This document shows, in pieces, positions 41,236-49,649 of a stretch of 64,000 nt of DNA. The notes under the pieces were generated by a model that had not been told where the DNA came from, did not search any database, and was given only the letters and a program-made list of their open reading frames with translations. The translations under genes and the position numbers were made by a program. The DNA comes from Flavobacteriales bacterium (GTDB taxonomy: Bacteria > Bacteroidota > Bacteroidia > Flavobacteriales_D > Sanyastnellaceae), in assembly GCA_044371755.1 (NCBI GenBank), contig JBILSZ010000002.1, positions 14,383 to 78,382 on the forward strand, in the 5' to 3' direction. Every line of letters begins with the position of its first letter. Within the stretch, counting starts at the first letter, position 1.

Positions 41236-41931
41236 ATGAAAATCATCCCTTACATCTTCTCGATTGTGCTCTTGAGCGCTTGCGTTCACACCATTGAAGA
41301 GCCTGCGCCTACCGGCGGTGGAAACAATGGCGGCGGCGGCGGTGGTCAAACGGATTGCGATCCTAATCTTGTTTATTTCACCAATACCATACAACCTTTG
41401 CTTCAGTCGCGATGTGCTCAACCAGAATGCCACGATCAGGCGACACAGCAAGATGGGGTGGGAATGTTTGATTATAATTCAATAATGCAACAAGTGGCTG
41501 CGGGTAATCCTGGAGCCAGTGACCTTTGGGAAGCCATCACCGAAGACGATCCCGATAAGATAATGCCTCCGGCAGGAGAAGCTCCTCTAACAGCTGCAGA
41601 AATCAACCTCATCACGACCTGGATTCAACAGGGGGCACAAAATAATTCCTGTACAAGCGATTGCGACCCGGCGGCATTCACTTTTGCCAGCACCATTCAG
41701 CCAATGATTCAAACCCATTGTCAGGGCTGTCATAGCGGCAATAATCCAAATGCAGGATTAAGCCTCACCAATTACAACCAGATTCAAACAATTGCGTTGA
41801 ATGGCAGTTTATTACATAGTATAAACGCTACCGGAGGCTTCACTTTAATGCCTTATCAGAGCAACGCACTTAGCAATTGTAAAAAACAGCAACTGCAAGC
41901 TTGGGTGGACGCCGGAGCACCAAACAATTAA
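41236..41931 (+). CDS. lipoprotein with two PSCyt1-like (planctomycete cytochrome c-type) modules
   Basis: Lipobox MKIIPYIFSIVLLSAC followed by a Gly-rich linker. Module 1 has CAQPECH ... DDPDKIMPP ... WIQQGAQ. Module 2 has CQGCHSG ... LMPY ... WVDAGAP. Confidence 0.6.
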   Translation: MKIIPYIFSIVLLSACVHTIEEPAPTGGGNNGGGGGGQTDCDPNLVYFTNTIQPLLQSRCAQPECHDQATQQDGVGMFDYNSIMQQVAAGNPGASDLWEAITEDDPDKIMPPAGEAPLTAAEINLITTWIQQGAQNNSCTSDCDPAAFTFASTIQPMIQTHCQGCHSGNNPNAGLSLTNYNQIQTIALNGSLLHSINATGGFTLMPYQSNALSNCKKQQLQAWVDAGAPNN

Positions 41932-41939
41932 TTGACGCC

Positions 41940-42317
41940 ATGAATTTCAAAATCTTTTTTACAGCATTCAGCCTTTTAGTGGTGGCCCTCACTTTTCAAT
42001 CTTGCTACCGCGATAACGAAGAGGACTTGTACGGAAGCAGCACCACTTGCGACACCACAAACATTGTCTACAGCGGTCGCATTCAAGCCATCATCGCCAA
42101 TAATTGCCTTACAGGCTGTCATTCACAAGCCGCAGGAAGTGCTGGAATTATTTTAGAAGGCTATATAAATTTAAAAAATGAAATCATCAACGGCTCAGTC
42201 ATGTGCGCTATTCGTCACGAAGGCTGTAGTCCCATGCCCAAAAACAGTCCTAAACTAAGCGATTGTGACATCAATAATCTGCAGCGTTGGATTGATAGAG
42301 GTTATCCAGAAAATTAA
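41940..42317 (+). CDS. lipoprotein with one PSCyt1-like module (CLTGCH)
   Basis: Lipobox MNFKIFFTAFSLLVVALTFQSC, then IQAIIANNCLTGCHS ... CSPMPKN ... LQRWIDRGYP. Confidence 0.55.
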   Translation: MNFKIFFTAFSLLVVALTFQSCYRDNEEDLYGSSTTCDTTNIVYSGRIQAIIANNCLTGCHSQAAGSAGIILEGYINLKNEIINGSVMCAIRHEGCSPMPKNSPKLSDCDINNLQRWIDRGYPEN

Positions 42318-42322
42318 TCATC

Positions 42323-42724
42323 ATGAAAAAAACCATCCTCATCATTTTATTGCTTGTTGCCATCGGCGGAGCATCTACCGCATACTATATGTGGAACAAG
42401 CCCAAACGCACAGCTGCCGATGAAAAGCCTACAGCATCCATGAGCGCTGACGACCTCCTTCTGGCATTTCAAAATGACGAAAACAAAGCCAATGCATCCT
42501 ACCTCAATAAAATCATTGAAGTATCAGGCATTGTTGTTAAAAAAGAAAAAGACGATTCTGGCAGTGAAGTTGTATATCTCGAAACGACGGATGTATTTGG
42601 ACTCGTTTCTTGCACCATGATACCAGGCACCACTTGTGATGCCAGCGAAGGTCAAGAAACAAAACTCAAAGGCATTTGCACCGGATATCTCAGCGATGTC
42701 GTGCTTACTCAATGTGCTCATTAA
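42323..42724 (+). CDS. membrane-anchored OB-fold protein (tRNA_anti-like family)
   Basis: 133 aa with N-terminal TM MKKTILIILLLVAIGGASTAYYMWNKPKR, then ...SADDLLLAFQNDENKANASYLNKIIEVSGIVV..., typical of this family. Confidence 0.6.
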   Translation: MKKTILIILLLVAIGGASTAYYMWNKPKRTAADEKPTASMSADDLLLAFQNDENKANASYLNKIIEVSGIVVKKEKDDSGSEVVYLETTDVFGLVSCTMIPGTTCDASEGQETKLKGICTGYLSDVVLTQCAH

Positions 42725-42746
42725 TCATCATTACAAAAAAAATATT

Positions 42747-43298
42747 ATGAAACAGGTCATTCTTATCGCACTTATCACTCTTGGATTTCAAACTTTGAAA
42801 GCCCAACAATACATGGATCGCGCCGCCTATTTGGGATTCTTCTCAGAAACCAAAATGGAAAACATCAAAGCCGACAACAATAAAGGAACGCTTGTATACG
42901 ACGCGGCTACTGGTTCACTACAGATGTCAGCTCTTATGAAAGCTTTCGAATTTGAAAAAGCATTGATGCAAGAACACTTCAATGAAAACTATGTAGAAAG
43001 TGATAAATTTCCAAAAGCCGTTTTCAAAGGCAAGGTGGAAAATCACACTGCTGTAAACCTTTCTAAAGATGGCACCTACAATACGAAAGTTGCCGGTGAA
43101 ATGACCATGCACGGTGTCACCAAAAAGATTACCGTTGATGCAGTATTTAAAGTAACCGGAGGCAAGATCACATGCGACTCTAAATTCAATGTGAAGCCAG
43201 AAGATTATAACATCACAATACCAAGTACAGTGAGAGACAATATCGCATCCGCGATAGCCGTAACCGTAAAAGCCAACTTAGAAGTTCTTAAGAAATAA
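42747..43298 (+). CDS. YceI-family protein, paralog 2
   Basis: Starts at MKQVILIALITLGFQTLKAQ (signal peptide). Motifs: MQEHFNENYVESDKFPKAVFKGKV and MHGVTKKITVD. Confidence 0.75.
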   Translation: MKQVILIALITLGFQTLKAQQYMDRAAYLGFFSETKMENIKADNNKGTLVYDAATGSLQMSALMKAFEFEKALMQEHFNENYVESDKFPKAVFKGKVENHTAVNLSKDGTYNTKVAGEMTMHGVTKKITVDAVFKVTGGKITCDSKFNVKPEDYNITIPSTVRDNIASAIAVTVKANLEVLKK

Positions 43299-43303
43299 TC
43301 AGA

Positions 43304-44230
43304 ATGACTTACAACATTCAAAAATATCTAGCAATTGGACTCGCCTCTGCGAGTCTATTGCTTTCTATAGCATCGCAAGCGCAGACAGATACTACTGAAG
43401 TAGACTTGCTGGCACTCCTCGGTGAAGAAGAAGAGATCAACTATGCGACTGCTACATTCAAATCTACTCGTGTCATCAATGGACACAGCGTGGAAAACGT
43501 AGCCAAAGGCGTACTAGACTTTCGCATTTCCCACCGTTTCGGATTTATTAATACAGGAGCCTACGAATGGTTTGGTCTAGATGGGGCGAGTATTCGCTTA
43601 GGCTGGGAATACGGTGTCACCGATTGGCTCATGGTGGGAGTTGGAAGATCTAGCTTCAATAAAGCATACGACGGATTTTTAAAGGCTAAAATTCTTCGTC
43701 AAAGTACGGGCAAAAGAAATATGCCTATAAGTGTATCTTACTTTGGATCCACCGTCATTAATACTATTCGCTGGGCGAATCCCGAACGAGAAAACTTCTT
43801 CTCATCACGCGTTTTCTATGCGCATCAATTATTGATTGGGAGAAAATTCAACAACGCACTTTCTCTGCAATTAAGCCCTACTATTATTCACAGAAATCTT
43901 GTAAAGACACGTGCAGAAGCCAACACCGTTCTGGCAATCGGAGCATCAGGCAGACATAAAATTACACAACGCCTTTCTCTCAATGCAGAGTATTTTTATG
44001 TGCTACCCGATCAACTTGCTACTCAATACAAGAACTCTTTATCTGTTGGTGTAGATATTGAAACAGGTGGGCACGTTTTTCAATTACACCTCACCAATAG
44101 TACTGCCATGACCGAACCTGGATTTGTTACCGAAAGCGTTGGGGAATGGGGAAATGGAGACATTCATTTTGGATTCAATGTGTCTCGCGTATTTACGATT
44201 GTTCGAAAAAAAGAAATTATAGAACCTTAA
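43304..44230 (+). CDS. DUF5777-like outer-membrane beta-barrel protein
   Basis: 308 aa with a signal peptide. Motifs: FKSTRVINGHSVENVAKGVLDFRISHRFG and IRLGWEYGVTDWLMVGVGRSS. Confidence 0.5.
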   Translation: MTYNIQKYLAIGLASASLLLSIASQAQTDTTEVDLLALLGEEEEINYATATFKSTRVINGHSVENVAKGVLDFRISHRFGFINTGAYEWFGLDGASIRLGWEYGVTDWLMVGVGRSSFNKAYDGFLKAKILRQSTGKRNMPISVSYFGSTVINTIRWANPERENFFSSRVFYAHQLLIGRKFNNALSLQLSPTIIHRNLVKTRAEANTVLAIGASGRHKITQRLSLNAEYFYVLPDQLATQYKNSLSVGVDIETGGHVFQLHLTNSTAMTEPGFVTESVGEWGNGDIHFGFNVSRVFTIVRKKEIIEP

Positions 44231-44832
44231 TCGACCCCGAGATATTTGTGCGTTTGCACAGATATTCTCCACTTTGAATGAACGCGGATATAATCCATAA
44301 TTAATGGATATGATTCATCGCGCTTATCCCACTCGGCTTGCAAAAATAAGGTGCAATGTTCCTGAACCTTTGATGCGTGCGTCTCACTCCATTCCAAATC
44401 TGATTTGTGATAAACGATTACTTTGAGCTCGTCTGCTTGTTGATAGATTGAATCTACTGGCACTTTGAATTTCTTCGGACTGAATGTTACCCAGTCCCAT
44501 GTACCTGTTAGCTCGTTGGTTCCTGATGTTTCGATATGCGTTCTCAAACCTCTTGACTTAAGAGCTTCCGTCAACGCACGTAAATCATACATTGTTGGCT
44601 CGCCACCAGTAATCACAACAATAGGTGCTCCAGATGATTTAGCGTCTTCTGCTAGCGTTTCAATAGACAATTTTGGGTGCGCCGATGCATCCCAACTTTC
44701 CTTTACATCACACCAAACACAGCCCACAGCACAGCCTCCGAGTCTAATGAAATAAGCAGGAGTGCCAGCAAAAAAACCTTCTCCTTGCACAGTATAAAAC
44801 CGCTCCATTACTGGTAATAGAAGATTATCCAT
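44227..44832 (-). CDS. queE: 7-carboxy-7-deazaguanine synthase (radical SAM)
   Basis: 201 aa with FYTVQGEGFFAGTPAYFIRLGGCAVGCVWCDVKESW (QueE-type Cx3Cx2C cluster motif). Confidence 0.85.
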   Translation of the reverse strand: MDNLLLPVMERFYTVQGEGFFAGTPAYFIRLGGCAVGCVWCDVKESWDASAHPKLSIETLAEDAKSSGAPIVVITGGEPTMYDLRALTEALKSRGLRTHIETSGTNELTGTWDWVTFSPKKFKVPVDSIYQQADELKVIVYHKSDLEWSETHASKVQEHCTLFLQAEWDKRDESYPLIMDYIRVHSKWRISVQTHKYLGVD

Positions 44833-45371
44833 TATTCTGCCTCACCTTTAGAAGACTCACCAACGAAATAGTCAATCTTATTTTTAAACAATACATTGAA
44901 AGTGGTCAACGAACCATAGATCTTGGTGATATACTGTTGCATTTCCACCTTCTCGCTGTCGGTTAATTTTGCGTGGGCGTTGATTTTTTGTTCGAGCACA
45001 CGAAGACGATCGCGCAACATAACTATCTTATGAAAAAACGTTTCGACAGGAACTTCCTTCGGTTTCAAGGAACGATCAGCTGGCTGGAGATACAACATCC
45101 CACCTTCCCATTTATCTCCAAGCTGAATGACTTCTCCAGCATCGTAATACATATCAAAAACATTTTTTACTGCCTCCACTACATCTTCAAGCTCGACATG
45201 CGAAGCCACAACTGGAGCCGCTTCCAAGAGGGTGTACCCGTCGAAAGCTTTGCCCAATTCTTTTTCACCATGTTCTTTAAAAAAAATCTTGTATTTATAG
45301 TCATCTGATCCAAATACAACACCATCACCAAATTGAGGATGGTTGATTTTTGCTCCTATTCCGAAATTCAT
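44832..45371 (-). CDS. conserved hypothetical protein
   Basis: 179-aa ORF packed between rimO and queE, with a 1-nt overlap with queE. No family recognised. Confidence 0.5.
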   Translation of the reverse strand: MNFGIGAKINHPQFGDGVVFGSDDYKYKIFFKEHGEKELGKAFDGYTLLEAAPVVASHVELEDVVEAVKNVFDMYYDAGEVIQLGDKWEGGMLYLQPADRSLKPKEVPVETFFHKIVMLRDRLRVLEQKINAHAKLTDSEKVEMQQYITKIYGSLTTFNVLFKNKIDYFVGESSKGEAE

Positions 45372-45393
45372 AATGATAAAATATAAGGTTCGA

Positions 45394-46707
45394 CTATTCT
45401 ACAATTCTTCCAAATAGATCATAATGTTCCGCGCTTTCAATTTCAACATTCACAAAATCTCCAATGCGCAAATACCCTTCTGATTTATTAATTACCACCT
45501 CATTATCCACCTCAGGAGAATCAAACTCCGTGCGGCCTATGTAACAATCTCCATCTATACGATCCACCAACACTTTGAAAGTCTTGCCTACTTTTTCCTC
45601 ATTTAACTCCAAACTAATGTCTGATTGAATTTCCATTATAGAATTCGCACGCTTGGTCTTCACCTTCATTGGCACATCGTCTTTGCTATTATAAGCATGA
45701 GTATTTTCTTCATGAGAATAAGTGAAGACTCCTAGACGGTCAAAGCGCATTTCTTGCACCCAATCTTTCATCTCTTCAAAGTCACTTTCTGTTTCTCCAG
45801 GATAACCAGCAATCAACGTTGTACGCAAAGCGATGCCTGGTACTTTATCTCTGATTTGGTGAATGAGATCCGTTGTTTTCTCTCTGGTTATACCACGACG
45901 CATTGCCTTCAACATATTGGTAGAGGCGTGTTGCAAGGGCATATCCAGATAATTACAAATATTGCTTCGCTCTCTCATTACATCAAGCACGTCCATCGGA
46001 AAGCCTGATGGGAACGCATATTGCAATCGAATCCAATCGATGCCTTCAATATCTGATAAATGCTTGAGCAAATCTGCGAGCTTTCTGTCTTTATAAATAT
46101 CCAGTCCGTAATAGGTCAAATCTTGCGCAATAAGAATCAACTCACGCGTTCCATTTTTCGCAAGATTCTTGGCGTTTTCTACAAGCTGTTCCATTGGTGT
46201 GCTCAGGTGCTTGCCACGCATCAATGGGATGGCGCAGAAAGAACATGGTCGGTCGCAACCTTCAGAAATTTTGAAGTATGCGTAGTGAGCAGGAGTAGTC
46301 AACAACCTCTCCCCCACGAGCTCATGCTTATAATCTGCTTTTAGTGTTTTCAGCAATCGAGGCAAATCACGCGTTCCGAAAAAAGCATCAACCTCGGGAA
46401 TATCTTTTTCCAATTCTGGCTTGTAGCGCTCGCTCAAACAGCCGGTCACGATAAGCTTATCTACATTTCCCTTTTCCTTCTCTTTCGCCCACGCGAGAAT
46501 CGTATTGATGCTTTGCTCTTTCGCATTATCGATGAATCCGCATGTATTGATGATTACGATTTCCGCATCCTTTTCTTCTGACTCGTGTTCTACCTCAAAA
46601 CTGTTTGCTTTGAGCTGTGCCATCATTACTTCACTATCGAAAATATTTTTCGCGCAACCGAGTGTCACCACGTTCACTTTATTCTTGCGGAGTGTTTTTG
46701 TTTTCAT
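45394..46707 (-). CDS. rimO: ribosomal protein S12 methylthiotransferase
   Basis: 437 aa with an N-terminal MTTase domain (VNVVTLGCAKNIFDSE), a radical SAM motif (SEGCDRPCSFCAIP) and a C-terminal TRAM domain. Confidence 0.9.
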   Translation of the reverse strand: MKTKTLRKNKVNVVTLGCAKNIFDSEVMMAQLKANSFEVEHESEEKDAEIVIINTCGFIDNAKEQSINTILAWAKEKEKGNVDKLIVTGCLSERYKPELEKDIPEVDAFFGTRDLPRLLKTLKADYKHELVGERLLTTPAHYAYFKISEGCDRPCSFCAIPLMRGKHLSTPMEQLVENAKNLAKNGTRELILIAQDLTYYGLDIYKDRKLADLLKHLSDIEGIDWIRLQYAFPSGFPMDVLDVMRERSNICNYLDMPLQHASTNMLKAMRRGITREKTTDLIHQIRDKVPGIALRTTLIAGYPGETESDFEEMKDWVQEMRFDRLGVFTYSHEENTHAYNSKDDVPMKVKTKRANSIMEIQSDISLELNEEKVGKTFKVLVDRIDGDCYIGRTEFDSPEVDNEVVINKSEGYLRIGDFVNVEIESAEHYDLFGRIVE

Positions 46708-47679
46708 TTATGCTGTGGGATTACCTTGGTTGAATAATGAATCGACGAATTCAAAACGATTGAATACTTGAAGGTCTCCAATCTTTTCGCCTACTCCAAT
46801 ATACTTTACTGGAATACTGAATTGGTCTGAAATACCAATCACAACGCCACCTTTAGCGGTACCATCGATTTTGGTGATGGCCAATGCATTTACATCTGTG
46901 GCTGCGGTAAATTGCTTCGCCTGTTCGAACGCGTTTTGTCCAGTGCTGCCATCAAGTACGAGCAATACTTCGTGAGGCGCGTCAGGAACTACTTTTTGCA
47001 TCACCCTTTTAATTTTGGTAAGCTCATTCATGAGCCCCACTTTGTTGTGCAATCGACCTGCGGTATCGATGAGTACTACGTCCATATTTTGGGCAACGGC
47101 GCTTTGCAAGGTATCGAATGCCACTGATGCCGGGTCAGCGCCCATGCCTTGAGACACGATAGGCACATTGGCACGTTCGCTCCATATTTTTAATTGATCT
47201 ACCGCGGCAGCACGGAAAGTATCTGCGGCACCCAGCATTACATTCTTTCCTTGAGACTTCAATTGATGCGCTAACTTTCCGATAGTTGTTGTCTTACCTA
47301 CTCCATTCACTCCCACCACCATAATCACATAAGGTCCTTGAACTTTGGGTATGAAAACATCGGCACTTTCCTCACCCTCATGAGAGGAGAGAAGATTTGA
47401 AATTTCTTCTTTAAGAATATTGTTCAATTCGTCGGTGCCCATATAGTTATCGCGGGACACGCGCTCTTCAATTTTCTTGATAATCTTGATGGTGGTTTCT
47501 ACACCGACGTCAGAGCTGATCAACAACTCTTCAAGATTATCGAGCACCTCGTCATCTACACGACTCTTCCCTGCAATGACCTTGGCAAGCTTCGAGAAAA
47601 AACCTGTCCGAGTTTTTTCCAAACCTTGGTTGAGGCTTTCTTTCTTCTCTGATGAGAATAGCTTTTTAAAAAAATTCAT
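46708..47679 (-). CDS. ftsY: signal recognition particle receptor
   Basis: 323 aa with an NG domain carrying GVNGVGKTTTIGKLA, DTAGR and TKIDGTAKGG. Confidence 0.95.
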   Translation of the reverse strand: MNFFKKLFSSEKKESLNQGLEKTRTGFFSKLAKVIAGKSRVDDEVLDNLEELLISSDVGVETTIKIIKKIEERVSRDNYMGTDELNNILKEEISNLLSSHEGEESADVFIPKVQGPYVIMVVGVNGVGKTTTIGKLAHQLKSQGKNVMLGAADTFRAAAVDQLKIWSERANVPIVSQGMGADPASVAFDTLQSAVAQNMDVVLIDTAGRLHNKVGLMNELTKIKRVMQKVVPDAPHEVLLVLDGSTGQNAFEQAKQFTAATDVNALAITKIDGTAKGGVVIGISDQFSIPVKYIGVGEKIGDLQVFNRFEFVDSLFNQGNPTA

Positions 47680-47699
47680 TTTGTAGTATATCTAGACCG

Positions 47700-47707
47700 C
47701 AAAGATA
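47700..47707 (-). promoter_or_regulatory. TAnnTTTG -7 box for ftsY
   Basis: The minus strand reads TATCTTTG, 20 nt upstream of the ftsY ATG and directly after the upstream terminator. Confidence 0.5.
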
Positions 47708-47713
47708 AGCATA

Positions 47714-47750
47714 TAAAAAAACCCTCCTCGTCTTCGACGGGAGGGCTTTT
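47714..47750 (-). terminator. intrinsic terminator after the rpmG-DUF4295 unit
   Basis: aaaaaaaCCCTCCtCGTCttcGACGGGAGGGctttt. On the minus strand the hairpin is followed by a 7-T run. Confidence 0.75.
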
Positions 47751-47778
47751 GTATCATTCAATATCTTCTCCTCAGTGA

Positions 47779-47934
47779 TTAGCCTTTAGCAAACCACTCA
47801 GCGATTTTATCGTTGTGTACAATTTCTTCTTTAAATGAGTAAGCGCCTGATTTAGGAGACTTTACCATTTTGATCACCTTCGTATGGTTCTTACCACCTC
47901 CGGTCTGTAGGGATGCAACTACCTTCTTAGCCAT
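47779..47934 (-). CDS. DUF4295-family small protein (not in the supplied ORF track)
   Basis: My translation of the minus strand gives MAKKVVASLQTGGGKNHTKVIKMVKSPKSGAYSFKEEIVHNDKIAEWFAKG (51 aa). It has the sequence pattern and the position (between rpmG and ftsY) typical of Bacteroidota DUF4295. Confidence 0.75.
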   Translation of the reverse strand: MAKKVVASLQTGGGKNHTKVIKMVKSPKSGAYSFKEEIVHNDKIAEWFAKG

Positions 47935-47946
47935 GGTACTTCAGTA

Positions 47947-48129
47947 TTACTTGATTTCTTTGTGTACAGTCATCTTCTTCAAGATCGGATTGTATTTCTT
48001 CATTTCCAATCTATCGGGAGTGTTTTTTCTGTTTTTGGTTGTGATATAACGGCTGGTGCCGGGCATGCCTGTAGTCTTATGCTCAGTGCACTCCATAATC
48101 ACTTGTATTCTATTGCCTTTCTTAGCCAT
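47947..48129 (-). CDS. rpmG: 50S ribosomal protein L33
   Basis: 60 aa: [60 protein letters not shown]. Confidence 0.95.
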   Translation of the reverse strand: MAKKGNRIQVIMECTEHKTTGMPGTSRYITTKNRKNTPDRLEMKKYNPILKKMTVHKEIK

Positions 48130-48149
48130 AACTTCTTGTAAATGGGGGG

Positions 48150-48180
48150 CAAATGTACTACTTCTTTCCTTTTTTACAAA
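48150..48180 (-). promoter_or_regulatory. canonical Bacteroidota promoter for rpmG (-33 TTTG, 19-nt spacer, -7 TACATTTG)
   Basis: The minus strand reads TTTGtaaaaaaggaaagaagtagTACATTTG, ending 20 nt upstream of the rpmG ATG. Confidence 0.6.
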
Positions 48181-48242
48181 ATCCGTTGTTAAAAAAAAAT
48201 AAGTTTAACAGTGAAAACACCCCAACTCACTCATTTTCAACA

Positions 48243-49649
48243 CTAAAACTTTAAGTCAAAGATAATATAATCCTCGTCCTCGTAAACACTCTTGTGGACA
48301 AGCCTCCCCAAATATCGATGTTTGTTGACGACTAAATAGCTGGCACCAGCGCTTTTTACTAGATTCAAATATGTCGCATCGTCTAATTGAGCGCTCGTGC
48401 AAACCCAACCCTTGCGGTGAGCTAAATACAATTCTTGAGGGTTGCCCTCGCCGTTAATCACCACCAATACATTTTGCGGAATGTGATCACTAACAATACT
48501 CTCAAGCTTCATCTTGTAGAGATTTCGATTATGAATTCTAAAATCATGCGCCTGATTGGCGAGTGACTCAACGCAAATTACCGCAAAGAGCACCCACATC
48601 GCTTTCCTTTGAATAATAGAAATTAGCCCTGAGGTCGCCAAAACAGCATATAGGGGCGCCAACGGAATCATATAATAATGCTGGAAAACAAAATGTCGGC
48701 CCGACTTGATGGCATACAAAAAGAAAACTCCAAAAACCAATGTGGTCAATGCCAAGAGCTTGAATTCTTTCCTTTGAATAGCTCTAAAAATCCCTAGTAA
48801 AACCAGCGACAGAGCCACGTAACTCATGGTGACGCTAAAGTAAAAATTGCTAGCAACCAGATCTAAATTATCGAGCACAGTATGCAGCCCTTCACCAAAC
48901 GATTCTCCTGAATTATACCAAATACCGCTTTGTTGGGAAAGTTGGATGTTCCATACGAAATACCACCAATATGTCACAGAGATGGGGATAATGGATATGA
49001 TAACAATTTTAATTTTATTCTTTAGTGGAATTTCCTTTTGAAATAGCATGATCAACATCCCAGAAAGCACAATGGCTGCGGGAATTTTGATGAGCATAGC
49101 CAATGACGCCAATAGACCATACATGATCAAATTACTCCATGAAGCTCCACGCATGTATCGCACTCCGTATAGCAATGCCCCAATTGCCAAAGAAATGGAT
49201 GCTACGTCCGGCATAAACTTTCTTGAAAATGCAAACCATATCGAACAGCCCAAGAGCACCATTCCAATGAATGCAAAAAAGCTATCCTTCCATTCTTTCA
49301 ATAGTAAATAAAACCACCATAAACCAAGGGAGCTGAGTATTAAGATGATTAATCTACCATACCAATGTTCATGTCCGAAAATATTGGAGATGGAGGCATA
49401 GACATAATTTAGCGCTGGAAACTCCATTCCCACTACACCAGAACTCGCAGACTCACCAACGCCGATATCGTCGATCATGGGATGAAAAAAATCCGTGTTG
49501 CCTTCATAATAATTGCGCGCCACCATAAGGCCTGTCACTTGACGCCAATGGTGATTTACTTCCAAAGGAGGGTGCTGAATGCTATATAGCCTTATTAGAA
49601 ATAAAAGAGCTATGACAATAGCGACACGATATTTTATTAAAAAACTCAT
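48243..49649 (-). CDS. GT-C fold ArnT/PMT_2-like membrane glycosyltransferase
   Basis: 468 aa with ~11 TM helices. The N-terminal HHWRQVTGLMVARNYYEG motif resembles the PMT_2/ArnT-like first periplasmic loop. A soluble C-terminal domain follows. Confidence 0.55.
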   Translation of the reverse strand: MSFLIKYRVAIVIALLFLIRLYSIQHPPLEVNHHWRQVTGLMVARNYYEGNTDFFHPMIDDIGVGESASSGVVGMEFPALNYVYASISNIFGHEHWYGRLIILILSSLGLWWFYLLLKEWKDSFFAFIGMVLLGCSIWFAFSRKFMPDVASISLAIGALLYGVRYMRGASWSNLIMYGLLASLAMLIKIPAAIVLSGMLIMLFQKEIPLKNKIKIVIISIIPISVTYWWYFVWNIQLSQQSGIWYNSGESFGEGLHTVLDNLDLVASNFYFSVTMSYVALSLVLLGIFRAIQRKEFKLLALTTLVFGVFFLYAIKSGRHFVFQHYYMIPLAPLYAVLATSGLISIIQRKAMWVLFAVICVESLANQAHDFRIHNRNLYKMKLESIVSDHIPQNVLVVINGEGNPQELYLAHRKGWVCTSAQLDDATYLNLVKSAGASYLVVNKHRYLGRLVHKSVYEDEDYIIFDLKF

